Shown: positions 17,192 through 25,186, counted from the stretch's first letter. The stretch: DNA of 32,000 bases from Candidatus Saccharimonadota bacterium (GCA_026002795.1 BPGA01000001.1:150001-182000), one strand, 5' to 3'. The notes: generated by a model not told the origin, from the sequence alone. Translations and numbers: made by a program.

Positions 17192-17791
17192 TTATTTTCT
17201 AAATTTTATTTTACGCGGTATTTTCTTGTTAATTTTTTTATTAAAGTAATATGCTAAAGAAATTAATAAAATAAGTCCTAACAACGAAATAAAAAATCTT
17301 ATTATGTTTTCAGTATAAGGCCAGTAAGCACCTGAGCCATAAATTAGTGTTCCTAAACCTCCTGCCATTAAACCCGCTCCAACAGATTCTAATTTAAAAA
17401 AATAAGACCCAAAAATTAAGAGAATTATTCCTAGAGGTATAGCAACAAAAAATACATTTCTAGATCTAGTTTTTAAAGCAAAATCATATCTCTCAGAACA
17501 TTTTAAATTGTAAAGCTCTAATTCGCATTCTGAAAGTGTAGAGAATGTTGTTATGTTATCTGGTCCGCAACCAGAACCACACTCTTCATACCGACAACTT
17601 CCTCTTGAGATTTTATACATTGGAACACAAACAGCTGGACAAATTTCTCTTTCTAGGCTTCTTGGTTCTGGATAAGAGCTACAAAAATCAGTATATTGTG
17701 GCTTTGGAAAAATAGAATTTATTAAATAAAAGCTAACAAAAATTGTTAGTATTGCTATTGCAGCACCTAAAAAAATTTCTTTAATTTTCAT
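17192..17791 (-). CDS. Membrane protein with a Cys-rich extracytoplasmic loop
   Basis: An N-terminal TM helix is followed by a roughly 75-aa segment with about 10 Cys (CSSYPEP...CPAVCVP...CRYEECGSGCGPDN...CELELYNLKC). Three C-terminal TM helices and a basic tail follow. I recognise no family. Confidence 0.55.
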   Translation of the reverse strand: MKIKEIFLGAAIAILTIFVSFYLINSIFPKPQYTDFCSSYPEPRSLEREICPAVCVPMYKISRGSCRYEECGSGCGPDNITTFSTLSECELELYNLKCSERYDFALKTRSRNVFFVAIPLGIILLIFGSYFFKLESVGAGLMAGGLGTLIYGSGAYWPYTENIIRFFISLLGLILLISLAYYFNKKINKKIPRKIKFRK

Positions 17792-17880
17792 TATAAGATT
17801 TATTTTTCTTTCATTTTAAAGCTTTTCATATTTAGTTTTATACTAGTAAGACTTATAAACAAAGTTAATACATTAAATTA

Positions 17881-18288
17881 ATGGAAAACTATGAAACTCT
17901 TTTAGAAGAGGCCTATAAAAAAATTAAAAGAATAGAAAATCAAAAAGATAGATTTGAAATTCCAAAAATAGAAGGCCATTTTGAAGGAAAAAAAACAGTA
18001 TTAACAAATTTTTACCAAATTGCATCATATTTAAGAAGAAATCCAGAACATTTTCAGAAGTTTATTTTAAAAGAGTTAGCTGCAGCTGGCCAGAAAGAAA
18101 ATGATAGACTTGTTCTTAATATTAGAGTTCCTAGCTCGAAAATAAATCAAAAAATTGAGGAGTATGTAAGAGAGTATGTTATATGTAAAGAGTGTAAAAA
18201 ACCAGATACAGAACTTTTGAGAGATTCACACGTAAGAGTAAGCTATCTAAAATGTCTTGCGTGTGGTGCTAAGCATCCTGTAAAATAA
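17881..18288 (+). CDS. eif2b: Translation initiation factor aIF2 beta subunit
   Basis: YETLLEEAYKKI, KTVLTNFYQIASYLRRNPEHFQKFILKELAAAG, and a C-terminal zinc ribbon (CKECKKPDT...CLACGAKHPV). Confidence 0.88.
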   Translation: MENYETLLEEAYKKIKRIENQKDRFEIPKIEGHFEGKKTVLTNFYQIASYLRRNPEHFQKFILKELAAAGQKENDRLVLNIRVPSSKINQKIEEYVREYVICKECKKPDTELLRDSHVRVSYLKCLACGAKHPVK

Positions 18289-18386
18289 TAGATTTAAACA
18301 TAATAAAAAATTAGAATAATTGCTTTTAAAAAATATAGAAGATTTTAAAAAGCAAAGTTTATAAATATAAAAAATAAATTAAGATT

Positions 18387-18392
18387 GGAGGT
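18387..18392 (+). promoter_or_regulatory. Shine-Dalgarno sequence (GGAGGT) of the DUF5679-like gene
   Basis: The context is GGAGGTAAGAATG, with a 4-nt spacer to ATG 18397. Confidence 0.5.
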
Positions 18393-18396
18393 AAGA

Positions 18397-18588
18397 ATGG
18401 TTAAGGGTTATTGTGTTAAGTGCAAGGTTAAGGGAAGAGATATGAATTCTGCTGTTGTTACAAAAACAGCTCGTGGCGGTTACATGGTGCAAGGAAATTG
18501 CTCTGTTTGTGGAACAAAAATGAGCGCTATGTTATCAAAAGATAATGCTGAAAAAGCTATTAAAGAAGGCGCTAAAAAGAGTTTTTAG
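18397..18588 (+). CDS. Small zinc-ribbon protein, DUF5679-like
   Basis: 63 aa: MVKGYCVKCKVKGRDM...GNCSVCGTKMSAML, with CxxC...CxxC spacing as I recall for DUF5679. The ATG at 18397 is preceded by GGAGGT (18387-18392). The track start at 18385 is a TTG that overlaps that SD. Confidence 0.6.
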   Translation: MVKGYCVKCKVKGRDMNSAVVTKTARGGYMVQGNCSVCGTKMSAMLSKDNAEKAIKEGAKKSF

Positions 18589-18610
18589 ACTTTAGTTTTT
18601 AGAGTAAAAA

Positions 18611-18907
18611 ATGTTTGTAAATATTATAAAGTCTTATAGAAATATTGTTGCTGTTTGTGATGAAGAACTTCTTGGAAAGTATTTTAGTGAGGGAAACTTT
18701 CAGCTCGAAGTTAAAGAAAGTTTTTTTTATGGAAATTCTTATTCAGAAGACGAAACAATTTTAATAATGAAAAAAATGTTTAAGGAGGATGCTACTTTTA
18801 ATATTGTTGGAGAAAATTCTGTAAGAGCTGCAATTAAAGCAGAGATTATAAATGAGGATTGTATAAAAAGAATACAAAATATACCATTTGCTCTTGTTTT
18901 GTTATAA
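18611..18907 (+). CDS. DUF424-family protein
   Basis: IVAVCDEELLGKYFSEGNFQLEVKESFFYG...FNIVGENSVRAAIKAEIINEDCIKRIQNIPFA matches my recollection of the archaeal DUF424 pattern (VAVCDEELLGK...VGE.SV...I). Confidence 0.65.
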   Translation: MFVNIIKSYRNIVAVCDEELLGKYFSEGNFQLEVKESFFYGNSYSEDETILIMKKMFKEDATFNIVGENSVRAAIKAEIINEDCIKRIQNIPFALVLL

Positions 18908-18977
18908 AATTTTTAGTGTTTTTCTAGCAAAGTTTAAATAACTTTTTAATTTAATAAGTTTTATTTTAAATATAAAA

Positions 18978-19298
18978 ATGAATAAAATGGAAGAAGAATC
19001 TGAAAAAGAAGAACAATTAAGAGTTAGACTTCCAAAAAATGAAGAGGTTATTGGTATTATAGAAGAAAGGCTTGGAGGAAATAAGATGCTTGTAAATTGC
19101 CTTGATGGAAAAATAAGAAATTGCAGAGTTCCTGGAAGATTGAAGAGAGATTTGTGGTTGCGCCCTGGAGATGTTGTTATTGTAGAACTTTGGGAATTCG
19201 ACAAAGATAGGGGTGATATTGTTTTTAAATATAAGCCAACACATGTTGAATGGCTAAAGGAAAAGGGGTTTATTAAGAAAGATAGTTTTGAATTTTAA
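18978..19298 (+). CDS. eif1a: Translation initiation factor aIF1A
   Basis: S1-like OB fold: RVRLPKNEEVIGIIEERLGGNKMLVNCLDGKIRNCRVPGRLKRDLWLRPGDVVIVELWEFDKDRGDIVFKY. Confidence 0.9.
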   Translation: MNKMEEESEKEEQLRVRLPKNEEVIGIIEERLGGNKMLVNCLDGKIRNCRVPGRLKRDLWLRPGDVVIVELWEFDKDRGDIVFKYKPTHVEWLKEKGFIKKDSFEF

Positions 19299-19304
19299 TA
19301 AAAA

Positions 19305-19751
19305 ATGATAAAAGAAGTAATTGCTTACTTTTTCAAAATTTTTAAAAAAAGAGTTGTTCTTGTTGGTGTTCCTGCAATAATAATTAATAAAGAAAGAAAA
19401 ATTCTTTTAGGAAAAAGAAGCGGAGTTGTTTTTTATAATGGTTTTTGGGGTTTACCTGGTGGGGTTGTTGAATATAAAGAAACAATAGAAGAAGCTGCAA
19501 AAAGAGAGCTAAGAGAGGAGCTTGGAGTAGAAGTTAAAATTTTAAAATATGGAAAACCAAAAATGAATCTTCCAAATAAAGAATGTCCTTTACAAACATT
19601 GGATATACCTGTGTACTGTAAAATAATAAAAGGTAAACCAAAAGCAAAATCAGAAACATCTAAAATTTCTTGGTTTTCTCCTAAAGAAATAAAAAAATTA
19701 AAATTAGCATATTCACATAAAGAATTGCTAAAACAAGAAAAACTGATTTAA
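19305..19751 (+). CDS. Nudix hydrolase
   Basis: Nudix box GLPGGVVEYKETIEEAAKRELREELGV (GX5EX7REUXEEXGU). Confidence 0.85.
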   Translation: MIKEVIAYFFKIFKKRVVLVGVPAIIINKERKILLGKRSGVVFYNGFWGLPGGVVEYKETIEEAAKRELREELGVEVKILKYGKPKMNLPNKECPLQTLDIPVYCKIIKGKPKAKSETSKISWFSPKEIKKLKLAYSHKELLKQEKLI

Positions 19752-20306
19752 ATGGAAAAAATTTTTTTCGATAAAATTTCTAGAATTTTAAAAAATAGAA
19801 AGAGGTTGGAAGATAAACTAAAAGTTAAGATTGTGATACATGGTAATTACATATTAATAGAAGGAGAGCCTGAAAAAGAGTATATAGCAAAAAAAGTTTT
19901 AGATGCATTAAATTTTGGTTTTCCTCTTTCAGTTGCTTTTTTAATAAAAGACAAAGATTTTGAGTTTGAAGAATTAAACATAAAAGATTATACAAAAAGA
20001 AAAGATTTAAGTGTGGTAAGAGCAAGAATTATAGGAAAAAAAGGAAAAACATTTAGAACATTAAACCAGCTTACAAATTGTTTTTTTGAGATTAAAGGAA
20101 ATAGGGTTGGAATTGTTGGAGAGCCTGAATACATAAAAAATGCTCAGAATTCGATAATTTCGCTTGTTAGAGGAGCAAAGCAAGCTAATGTTTATCATTT
20201 TTTAGAAAAGCATAGAGTTAAACCTGTTTTTGATTTTGGATTAAAAGAGATTAAAAAACCGAAACCGAAAAAGAAAAAAAGTTTTAAGAAATTTAATAGT
20301 GTGTGA
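19752..20306 (+). CDS. KH-domain RNA-binding protein, archaeal Dim2/Pno1-like
   Basis: KH GxxG loop (ARIIGKKGKTFRTLNQLTN), a preceding KH-like half and a basic tail. The start abuts the Nudix stop (TAA ATG). Confidence 0.7.
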   Translation: MEKIFFDKISRILKNRKRLEDKLKVKIVIHGNYILIEGEPEKEYIAKKVLDALNFGFPLSVAFLIKDKDFEFEELNIKDYTKRKDLSVVRARIIGKKGKTFRTLNQLTNCFFEIKGNRVGIVGEPEYIKNAQNSIISLVRGAKQANVYHFLEKHRVKPVFDFGLKEIKKPKPKKKKSFKKFNSV

Positions 20307-20364
20307 AGTTAATTTTAAAAAAGCTTTTTGTCTTAATTCTTTAAATTGTGTGGTTCGTACAAAA

Positions 20365-20438
20365 AGTCCCGGTAGCTCAGTTGGTTAGAGCGCACGGCTG
20401 TTAACCGTGAAGTCGGAGGTTCGAGTCCTCCCCGGGAC
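20365..20438 (+). tRNA. tRNA-Asn (anticodon GUU)
   Basis: Hand-folded cloverleaf. Acceptor stem GTCCCGG/CCGGGAC; D arm GCTC-AGTTGGTTA-GAGC. Anticodon stem CACGG/CCGTG with loop CTGTTAA. T arm GGAGG-TTCGAGT-CCTCC; discriminator G. No encoded CCA. Coordinates may be off by 1. Confidence 0.88.
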
Positions 20439-20442
20439 GCCT

Positions 20443-21189
20443 TTAAGAAAGTTTGTAAAAATTATCATAAACACCAACAAGAGAATCGTAACCAAAAATT
20501 TCTGCTTTTGCATTAAGATATAAAACTTTTAACAAAACATTTATAATGCCTTCTCTTTCATATCTTCTAACTGAAGTTATTAAAGGTCCGCAGCTTTCCA
20601 GTATCCCAAAATTAAATGGTGGGTTATGATTCACTGCTCTTTCAGCAATCTCTGAATCCTCTCCAAAAATTCCTTCTTTAAAACCATTTAGTGCAGTTAT
20701 AGCATCTTTTTTAAAAAACATTCCTGATTGCATCTTCGGCTTTTTTGTTTTTTGTCTTTTTAAAAAAACTCTGTTCTCAATTGAAAAGATCATGTTGTAA
20801 ATGGATTTTTTAAAGCCATTACCAACAAAATCAGGAAAAAGAAAAGTGCCTGCAACATCTAAATTTCTTGAATTGAACTCAGACAAAGCCTTTGACAAAA
20901 AATAATCATTTTCCGGGTATGTATCTGCATCAAGAAAAAATAATGTTTCATAAGAAGCTTTATTTGCTCCACTGTTTCTTGCTGTTGCTGGCCTTCCGCC
21001 TTCAACAACTTTACAGCGGTAGCGTTCAGCAATTAAAGCTGTTTTATCTGTTGTTTCTGGCGAAACTGAAACAATAATTTCCATTTTTGACAATCCTTTT
21101 TGTCTTTTTAAAGAATCTAAAGTTTTGGGAAGATAAGCTTCTTCATTTTTTGCAGGAATGATAATGCTAACTTCTTTATCAAAGCTCAT
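20443..21189 (-). CDS. Family 2 glycosyltransferase
   Basis: VSIIIPAKNEEAYLPKTLDSLKRQ and the DxD-type motif FFLDADT. I prefer ATG 21189 (MSFDKE...) to the track's GTG at 21207. Confidence 0.8.
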   Translation of the reverse strand: MSFDKEVSIIIPAKNEEAYLPKTLDSLKRQKGLSKMEIIVSVSPETTDKTALIAERYRCKVVEGGRPATARNSGANKASYETLFFLDADTYPENDYFLSKALSEFNSRNLDVAGTFLFPDFVGNGFKKSIYNMIFSIENRVFLKRQKTKKPKMQSGMFFKKDAITALNGFKEGIFGEDSEIAERAVNHNPPFNFGILESCGPLITSVRRYEREGIINVLLKVLYLNAKAEIFGYDSLVGVYDNFYKLS

Positions 21190-21298
21190 TTTTAAAATAC
21201 CTAACACTTATTTTAAAATATTTGTATTGTAGACATTTTTTAGTTTTTAAAATCATCTAAAGGTAATTATTAAAAAGGGTGTTTTAGAATAATAATTT

Positions 21299-22429
21299 AT
21301 GAAACAAAAAATAAAAAAACAAGTAAAAAATTTAGGTAAAAATAAAAAAGTTGTTGTAGCAATGTCTGGTGGTGTAGATTCAAGTGTAGCAGCTTTATTA
21401 ATGAAAAAAGCGGGTTATAATGTTATTGGTGTTTTTATGAAAAACTGGTCTGACAAAAAGAATCTCGCTGTTTGTAATTGGAAAGAAGATAGAAAAGTTG
21501 CTATGAAAATTTCAGCTCAATTAAAAATTCCTCTTTTAAGTTTTGATTTTGAAAAAGAGTATAGGAGAATTGTTGTTAATGAAATGTTTATGCTTTATAA
21601 AAAAGGAGTTACCCCAAACCCAGATATAACTTGTAATGAAAAAGTAAAATTTCCACTTCTCTTAAAAATTGCAAAAAAATTAAGGGCTGATTTTATAGTT
21701 ACAGGGCATTATGCAAGAATTAAAAAAACTAAAAAAGGTTATAAACTATTGCGCGCAAAAGATGAATCAAAAGATCAGAGTTATTTTCTTTATAGACTTA
21801 AAAGAGAATGGTTACCAAAGATTTTATTTCCTATTGGTGATCTCAAAAAAACAGAAGTTAGGGAAATTGCTAAAAAAAATGGTTTTGAAAATTACAATAG
21901 AAAGTCAACAACAGGAATCTGTTTTATAGGAAAAGTTAATCTTAAACAGTTCTTACAAACAAGAATAAAACCAAAAAAAGGAAAAATTCTTGATCCTGAA
22001 GGCAAAATTATTGGATTTCATGATGGTGTTTATTATTATACAATAGGACAAAGATTAGGACCAAGGCTTGGAATTTTAATTGAAAAAGGCAAAGAAAAAA
22101 AAAGGTGGTATGTTGCAAGAAAAAATGTTAAGAAAAATTTAATTATTGCTGCTCCAGAAGGACATCCTTTAAATTTAAAAAAAGAATTTTACTTGAAAAA
22201 ATACTATTTTATTAACAAAAGTTTTTTTAGTGAATTGAAAAAAAAGAAAAAAGCTAATGTTTTATGTAGAATAAGGCAAGTTGGAGAGTTATTAGATTCT
22301 AAAGTTTTAATTGAAAGGAATAAAATAAAAATTGTATTAAAAAAGCCAATAACAGGAATTTCTGATGGCCAAGCTGCTGTAATTTACAAAGGAAAAGAGG
22401 TTTTAGGTGGTGGTGTTATAAGTTTTTAG
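21299..22429 (+). CDS. mnmA: tRNA-specific 2-thiouridylase MnmA (bacterial type)
   Basis: PP-loop (VVVAMSGGVDSSVAALL), TPNPDITCNEKVKF, TGHYARI, and DESKDQSYFLY. 376 aa. Confidence 0.88.
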   Translation: MKQKIKKQVKNLGKNKKVVVAMSGGVDSSVAALLMKKAGYNVIGVFMKNWSDKKNLAVCNWKEDRKVAMKISAQLKIPLLSFDFEKEYRRIVVNEMFMLYKKGVTPNPDITCNEKVKFPLLLKIAKKLRADFIVTGHYARIKKTKKGYKLLRAKDESKDQSYFLYRLKREWLPKILFPIGDLKKTEVREIAKKNGFENYNRKSTTGICFIGKVNLKQFLQTRIKPKKGKILDPEGKIIGFHDGVYYYTIGQRLGPRLGILIEKGKEKKRWYVARKNVKKNLIIAAPEGHPLNLKKEFYLKKYYFINKSFFSELKKKKKANVLCRIRQVGELLDSKVLIERNKIKIVLKKPITGISDGQAAVIYKGKEVLGGGVISF

Positions 22430-22519
22430 TTTTAATAGCTAATAATTTTAAAATTAGAAGCTACTATAAAGTTATAACAAAATAGAAAAGTTTATAAACC
22501 CTTTATAACTTAAAAAATA

Positions 22520-23431
22520 ATGGTATTAGACTTAAGAAGACATAGCAAAAGTGATTTATTAAGTTATTTATCTCTTGTTAGTATAAACTCTTTTGATGAA
22601 GGAGGATATAGGCCTATAAGATTATTAAGGTTTTCTAGATATGTTAATTATAATCAAGACACTATCTTCAGTTTGGTGAATTATGCTGGGAAGGTTGAAG
22701 GTGATCAGTTTAGTTGTATCGGTTTGGTGAACCATGCTAGAGAAGTTGGAATTAATCAGGTCAGTTTTTTGGGTTTGGTGAATTATGCTAGAGAGGTTGG
22801 AGGTAAGCAGGTTGGTCTCTTCAGTTTGGTGAATTATGCTAGAGAAGTTGAAGGTGATCAGGGTTGTTTGTTGGGTTTGGTGAATTGTGCTGGAGAAGTG
22901 GGAGGTGATCAGATTGGTGGTATCATCGGTTTGGTGAATTATGCTAGAGAAGTTGAAGGTGATCAGGGTTGTTTGTTGGGTTTGGTGAATTGTGCTGGAG
23001 AAGTGGGAGGTGATCAGATTGGTGGTGTTAGTTTGGTGAATATTCAAACAAAAAATAGAAAGGCTAGGCAAAGGGGGTGTCTTTTAAGGTATAATCCATT
23101 AGAGAAAATTGGTTTTGGTTCTAGTGTTTGGTCAAAGATAGAAAAAGCTGAAATGTATTTAGATTCTAAAAAAGAAGAATTCACTCATGAAGATTATAAA
23201 AGTTTTTTAGAATCTTTAGTTCGTGAAGGACCTACATTAAGAAAAAGAATTACAGGTCACTGGACATATTCAGATATTTTATCAAGACAGGCAAAGAGAA
23301 GACTTAGGAGTTTGTCAAATAGTCAAAGAGAACAACATAAAGATATTGAGGTAAAGATTATAAATAAGGAGATTAAAAATAAGGACAAATTTAAGATTTA
23401 TGAATATGTTGGAGGATTACGTAACGAGTAA
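22520..23431 (+). CDS. Repeat protein: seven 17-18-aa [GS]LVN[YC]A[RG]EV.GDQ.... units plus a charged C-terminal domain
   Basis: 303-aa ORF. The repeat array spans aa 51-170 (nt 22670-23029). I see no signal peptide or TM helix. The C-terminal roughly 110 aa are K/E/R-rich and non-repetitive. The repeat region is visibly GC-richer than its surroundings. Confidence 0.7.
   Translation: MVLDLRRHSKSDLLSYLSLVSINSFDEGGYRPIRLLRFSRYVNYNQDTIFSLVNYAGKVEGDQFSCIGLVNHAREVGINQVSFLGLVNYAREVGGKQVGLFSLVNYAREVEGDQGCLLGLVNCAGEVGGDQIGGIIGLVNYAREVEGDQGCLLGLVNCAGEVGGDQIGGVSLVNIQTKNRKARQRGCLLRYNPLEKIGFGSSVWSKIEKAEMYLDSKKEEFTHEDYKSFLESLVREGPTLRKRITGHWTYSDILSRQAKRRLRSLSNSQREQHKDIEVKIINKEIKNKDKFKIYEYVGGLRNE
22824..23026 (+). 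repeat. 98-bp perfect direct repeat (22824-22921 and 22929-23026; 105-bp, or 35-codon, period)
   Basis: I compared the two copies base by base and they are identical. Together they encode a doubled LVNYAREVEGDQGCLLGLVNCAGEVGGDQIGG block, in frame. Confidence 0.9.
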
Positions 23432-23480
23432 GGACAAATAATATAAAATCATTTAAAAACACTTCTTTCTTTTTATTTAT

Positions 23481-24026
23481 ATGGATTTAGATAAAGCAAT
23501 AAAAACACGAAGAAGTATAAGAAAATTTTCAAAAGAAAAGCCAGACTGGAGAAAGATTATTGAAGCAATAGATGCAACAAGATATGTTCCATTAGCTGGA
23601 AAAAATTTCACAATGAAGTTTATAGTTGTTTCTGATAAGAAGAAAATAGAAGAAATCGCAAACTTTTGCCAGCAAGATTTTATTAAAGAAGTATTTTATG
23701 TTGTAGTCGCTTGCTCAAACTACTCAAGGCTTACAAATTTGTTTGGAGAAAAAGGTGAAGTATATGGAAGACAGCAAGCAGGAGCTGCAATACAAAACTT
23801 TTTATTAAAATTGAATGATTTAGGGCTTTCAACTTGTTGGGTAGGTCATTTTTTAGAGGATTCTCTAAAAAAACTTCTTAAGATTCCTCAAGAAGTAACA
23901 ATCGAGGCTATCTTTCCTATAGGTTTTAGTTCTGAAAAAAAGCAAAAAGATAAAGAAAAGTTAAGAATTGAACTTGAAAGAATTCTTTATTTTGATGAAT
24001 ATGGAAAAGAAACAATGAAAAAATAA
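23481..24026 (+). CDS. Nitroreductase-family flavoprotein
   Basis: N-terminal AIKTRRSIRKFSKEKP signature, plus GLSTCWVG. The 181-aa length fits. Confidence 0.78.
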   Translation: MDLDKAIKTRRSIRKFSKEKPDWRKIIEAIDATRYVPLAGKNFTMKFIVVSDKKKIEEIANFCQQDFIKEVFYVVVACSNYSRLTNLFGEKGEVYGRQQAGAAIQNFLLKLNDLGLSTCWVGHFLEDSLKKLLKIPQEVTIEAIFPIGFSSEKKQKDKEKLRIELERILYFDEYGKETMKK

Positions 24027-24037
24027 AAAAAGAAAAA

Positions 24038-24054
24038 GGGCGCTTTTAGCGCCC
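24038..24054 (-). terminator. GC-rich hairpin followed by a T-run, downstream of ftsZ
   Basis: GGGCGC-TTTTA-GCGCCC is a perfect 6-bp G/C stem. On the minus strand it is followed by TTTTTCTTTTTTTATTTTTT. It lies 25 nt past the ftsZ stop, between convergent genes. Confidence 0.5.
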
Positions 24055-24079
24055 GAAAAAAATTCTAAAAAATTAAAGA

Positions 24080-25159
24080 TTACTTCCAGACTTGTATACC
24101 CAAATCAGAAACTTCTTTTGAAATCGAAGCAGGTGATTCTTCAAGTTGCTTTCCAAGAACATATGGGCTTTTAACACCAGTCATTATTGTAATAACTCTA
24201 ACTTTACCTGTAAACTCTTTGTTAATTCTTGCTCCAATAATAACATTTGCTTCAGGACTCAAATTTTCTGAAACAATCCTACCGATGTTATCAAATTCTT
24301 CAAGTTTTAAATCAGGACCACAAGTAACGTGTATTAAAGCGCCAGTAGCACCTTGATAATCCACATCAAGTAGAGGATGAGTCAAGGCCTGTCTGACTGC
24401 TTCATTTACACGATCTGTTGTGTCACTTTCTCCGATACCGATAACAGCAACACCACCACCTTTCATTATTGCAGAAACATCTGCATAATCAAGGTTAATT
24501 AAGCTTGGTAGTGTTATTGTTTCAACAATCCCTTTTATCATTGTGCTTACAAGCTCATTTGCAACAGCAAATGCTTGTTCAATAGGAAGTTGTCCTGCTA
24601 TGTCAACAAGCTTATTGTTGTCTAAAACAATTGTTGTGTCTGTAACTTCTCTCAATTCTTGCAAACCAAATTCTGCTTTGTCTATTCTTGCTTTTTCTGA
24701 TTCAAATGGCATTGTTACAACACCAATAACAACAGCTCCTGCTTCTTTTGCAAGCTGAGCAACTACTGGTGCTGAACCTGTTCCTGTTCCTCCTCCAAGT
24801 CCGCACAAAACAAAGCACATGTCTGCTCCAGAAACAGCTTTTTTAAGCTCTACTATGGCTTCTTTTGCTGCCTCTCTTCCAATTTTTGGTTTTCCACCTG
24901 CACCTAGCCCTCTAGTTAACTCTTTCCCCAGAAGAATTTTTTCATCAGCTTTTGAAACACTTAAATGAAGAGCGTCTGTATTAACAGCATAAACTGTAGC
25001 TCCATTAATTCCTTTATTGTAGAGCCAGGTAACCATGTTACATCCACAACCCCCAGTTCCAACAACTTTTATAGAAGCTTTTCCTGCTTTCAATTCATCA
25101 AAATTAATGCTGTGTGTAGCTGCGTTCTGAATTGCTTCTTTTGCAAAATCTAATACCAT
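24080..25159 (-). CDS. ftsZ: Cell division protein FtsZ
   Basis: [19 protein letters not shown] and the tubulin signature [16 protein letters not shown] moved the start to ATG 25159 (MVLDFAKE...), which is preceded by GGAGGT with an 8-nt spacer. The track's TTG start at 25222 would translate the palindromic leader. Confidence 0.92.
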   Translation of the reverse strand: MVLDFAKEAIQNAATHSINFDELKAGKASIKVVGTGGCGCNMVTWLYNKGINGATVYAVNTDALHLSVSKADEKILLGKELTRGLGAGGKPKIGREAAKEAIVELKKAVSGADMCFVLCGLGGGTGTGSAPVVAQLAKEAGAVVIGVVTMPFESEKARIDKAEFGLQELREVTDTTIVLDNNKLVDIAGQLPIEQAFAVANELVSTMIKGIVETITLPSLINLDYADVSAIMKGGGVAVIGIGESDTTDRVNEAVRQALTHPLLDVDYQGATGALIHVTCGPDLKLEEFDNIGRIVSENLSPEANVIIGARINKEFTGKVRVITIMTGVKSPYVLGKQLEESPASISKEVSDLGIQVWK

Positions 25160-25167
25160 GTTTCTCA

Positions 25168-25173
25168 ACCTCC
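25168..25173 (-). promoter_or_regulatory. Shine-Dalgarno sequence (GGAGGT) of ftsZ
   Basis: The plus strand reads ACCTCC. This is 8 nt upstream of ATG 25159 on the minus strand. Confidence 0.6.
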
Positions 25174-25186
25174 TTTCATCTTTATT

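Noticed and set aside
18902-19244. Two minus-strand ORFs (18902-19204 and 19017-19244) opposite aIF1A.
   Set aside because: They are antisense to a clearly recognisable aIF1A gene and translate to low-complexity sequence.
22625-23071. 148-aa minus-strand ORF with its own repeats (IHQT...LITS).
   Set aside because: It is the reverse-complement reading of the tandem repeats in the plus-strand gene. The periodic DNA keeps the frame open, and there is no independent start context.
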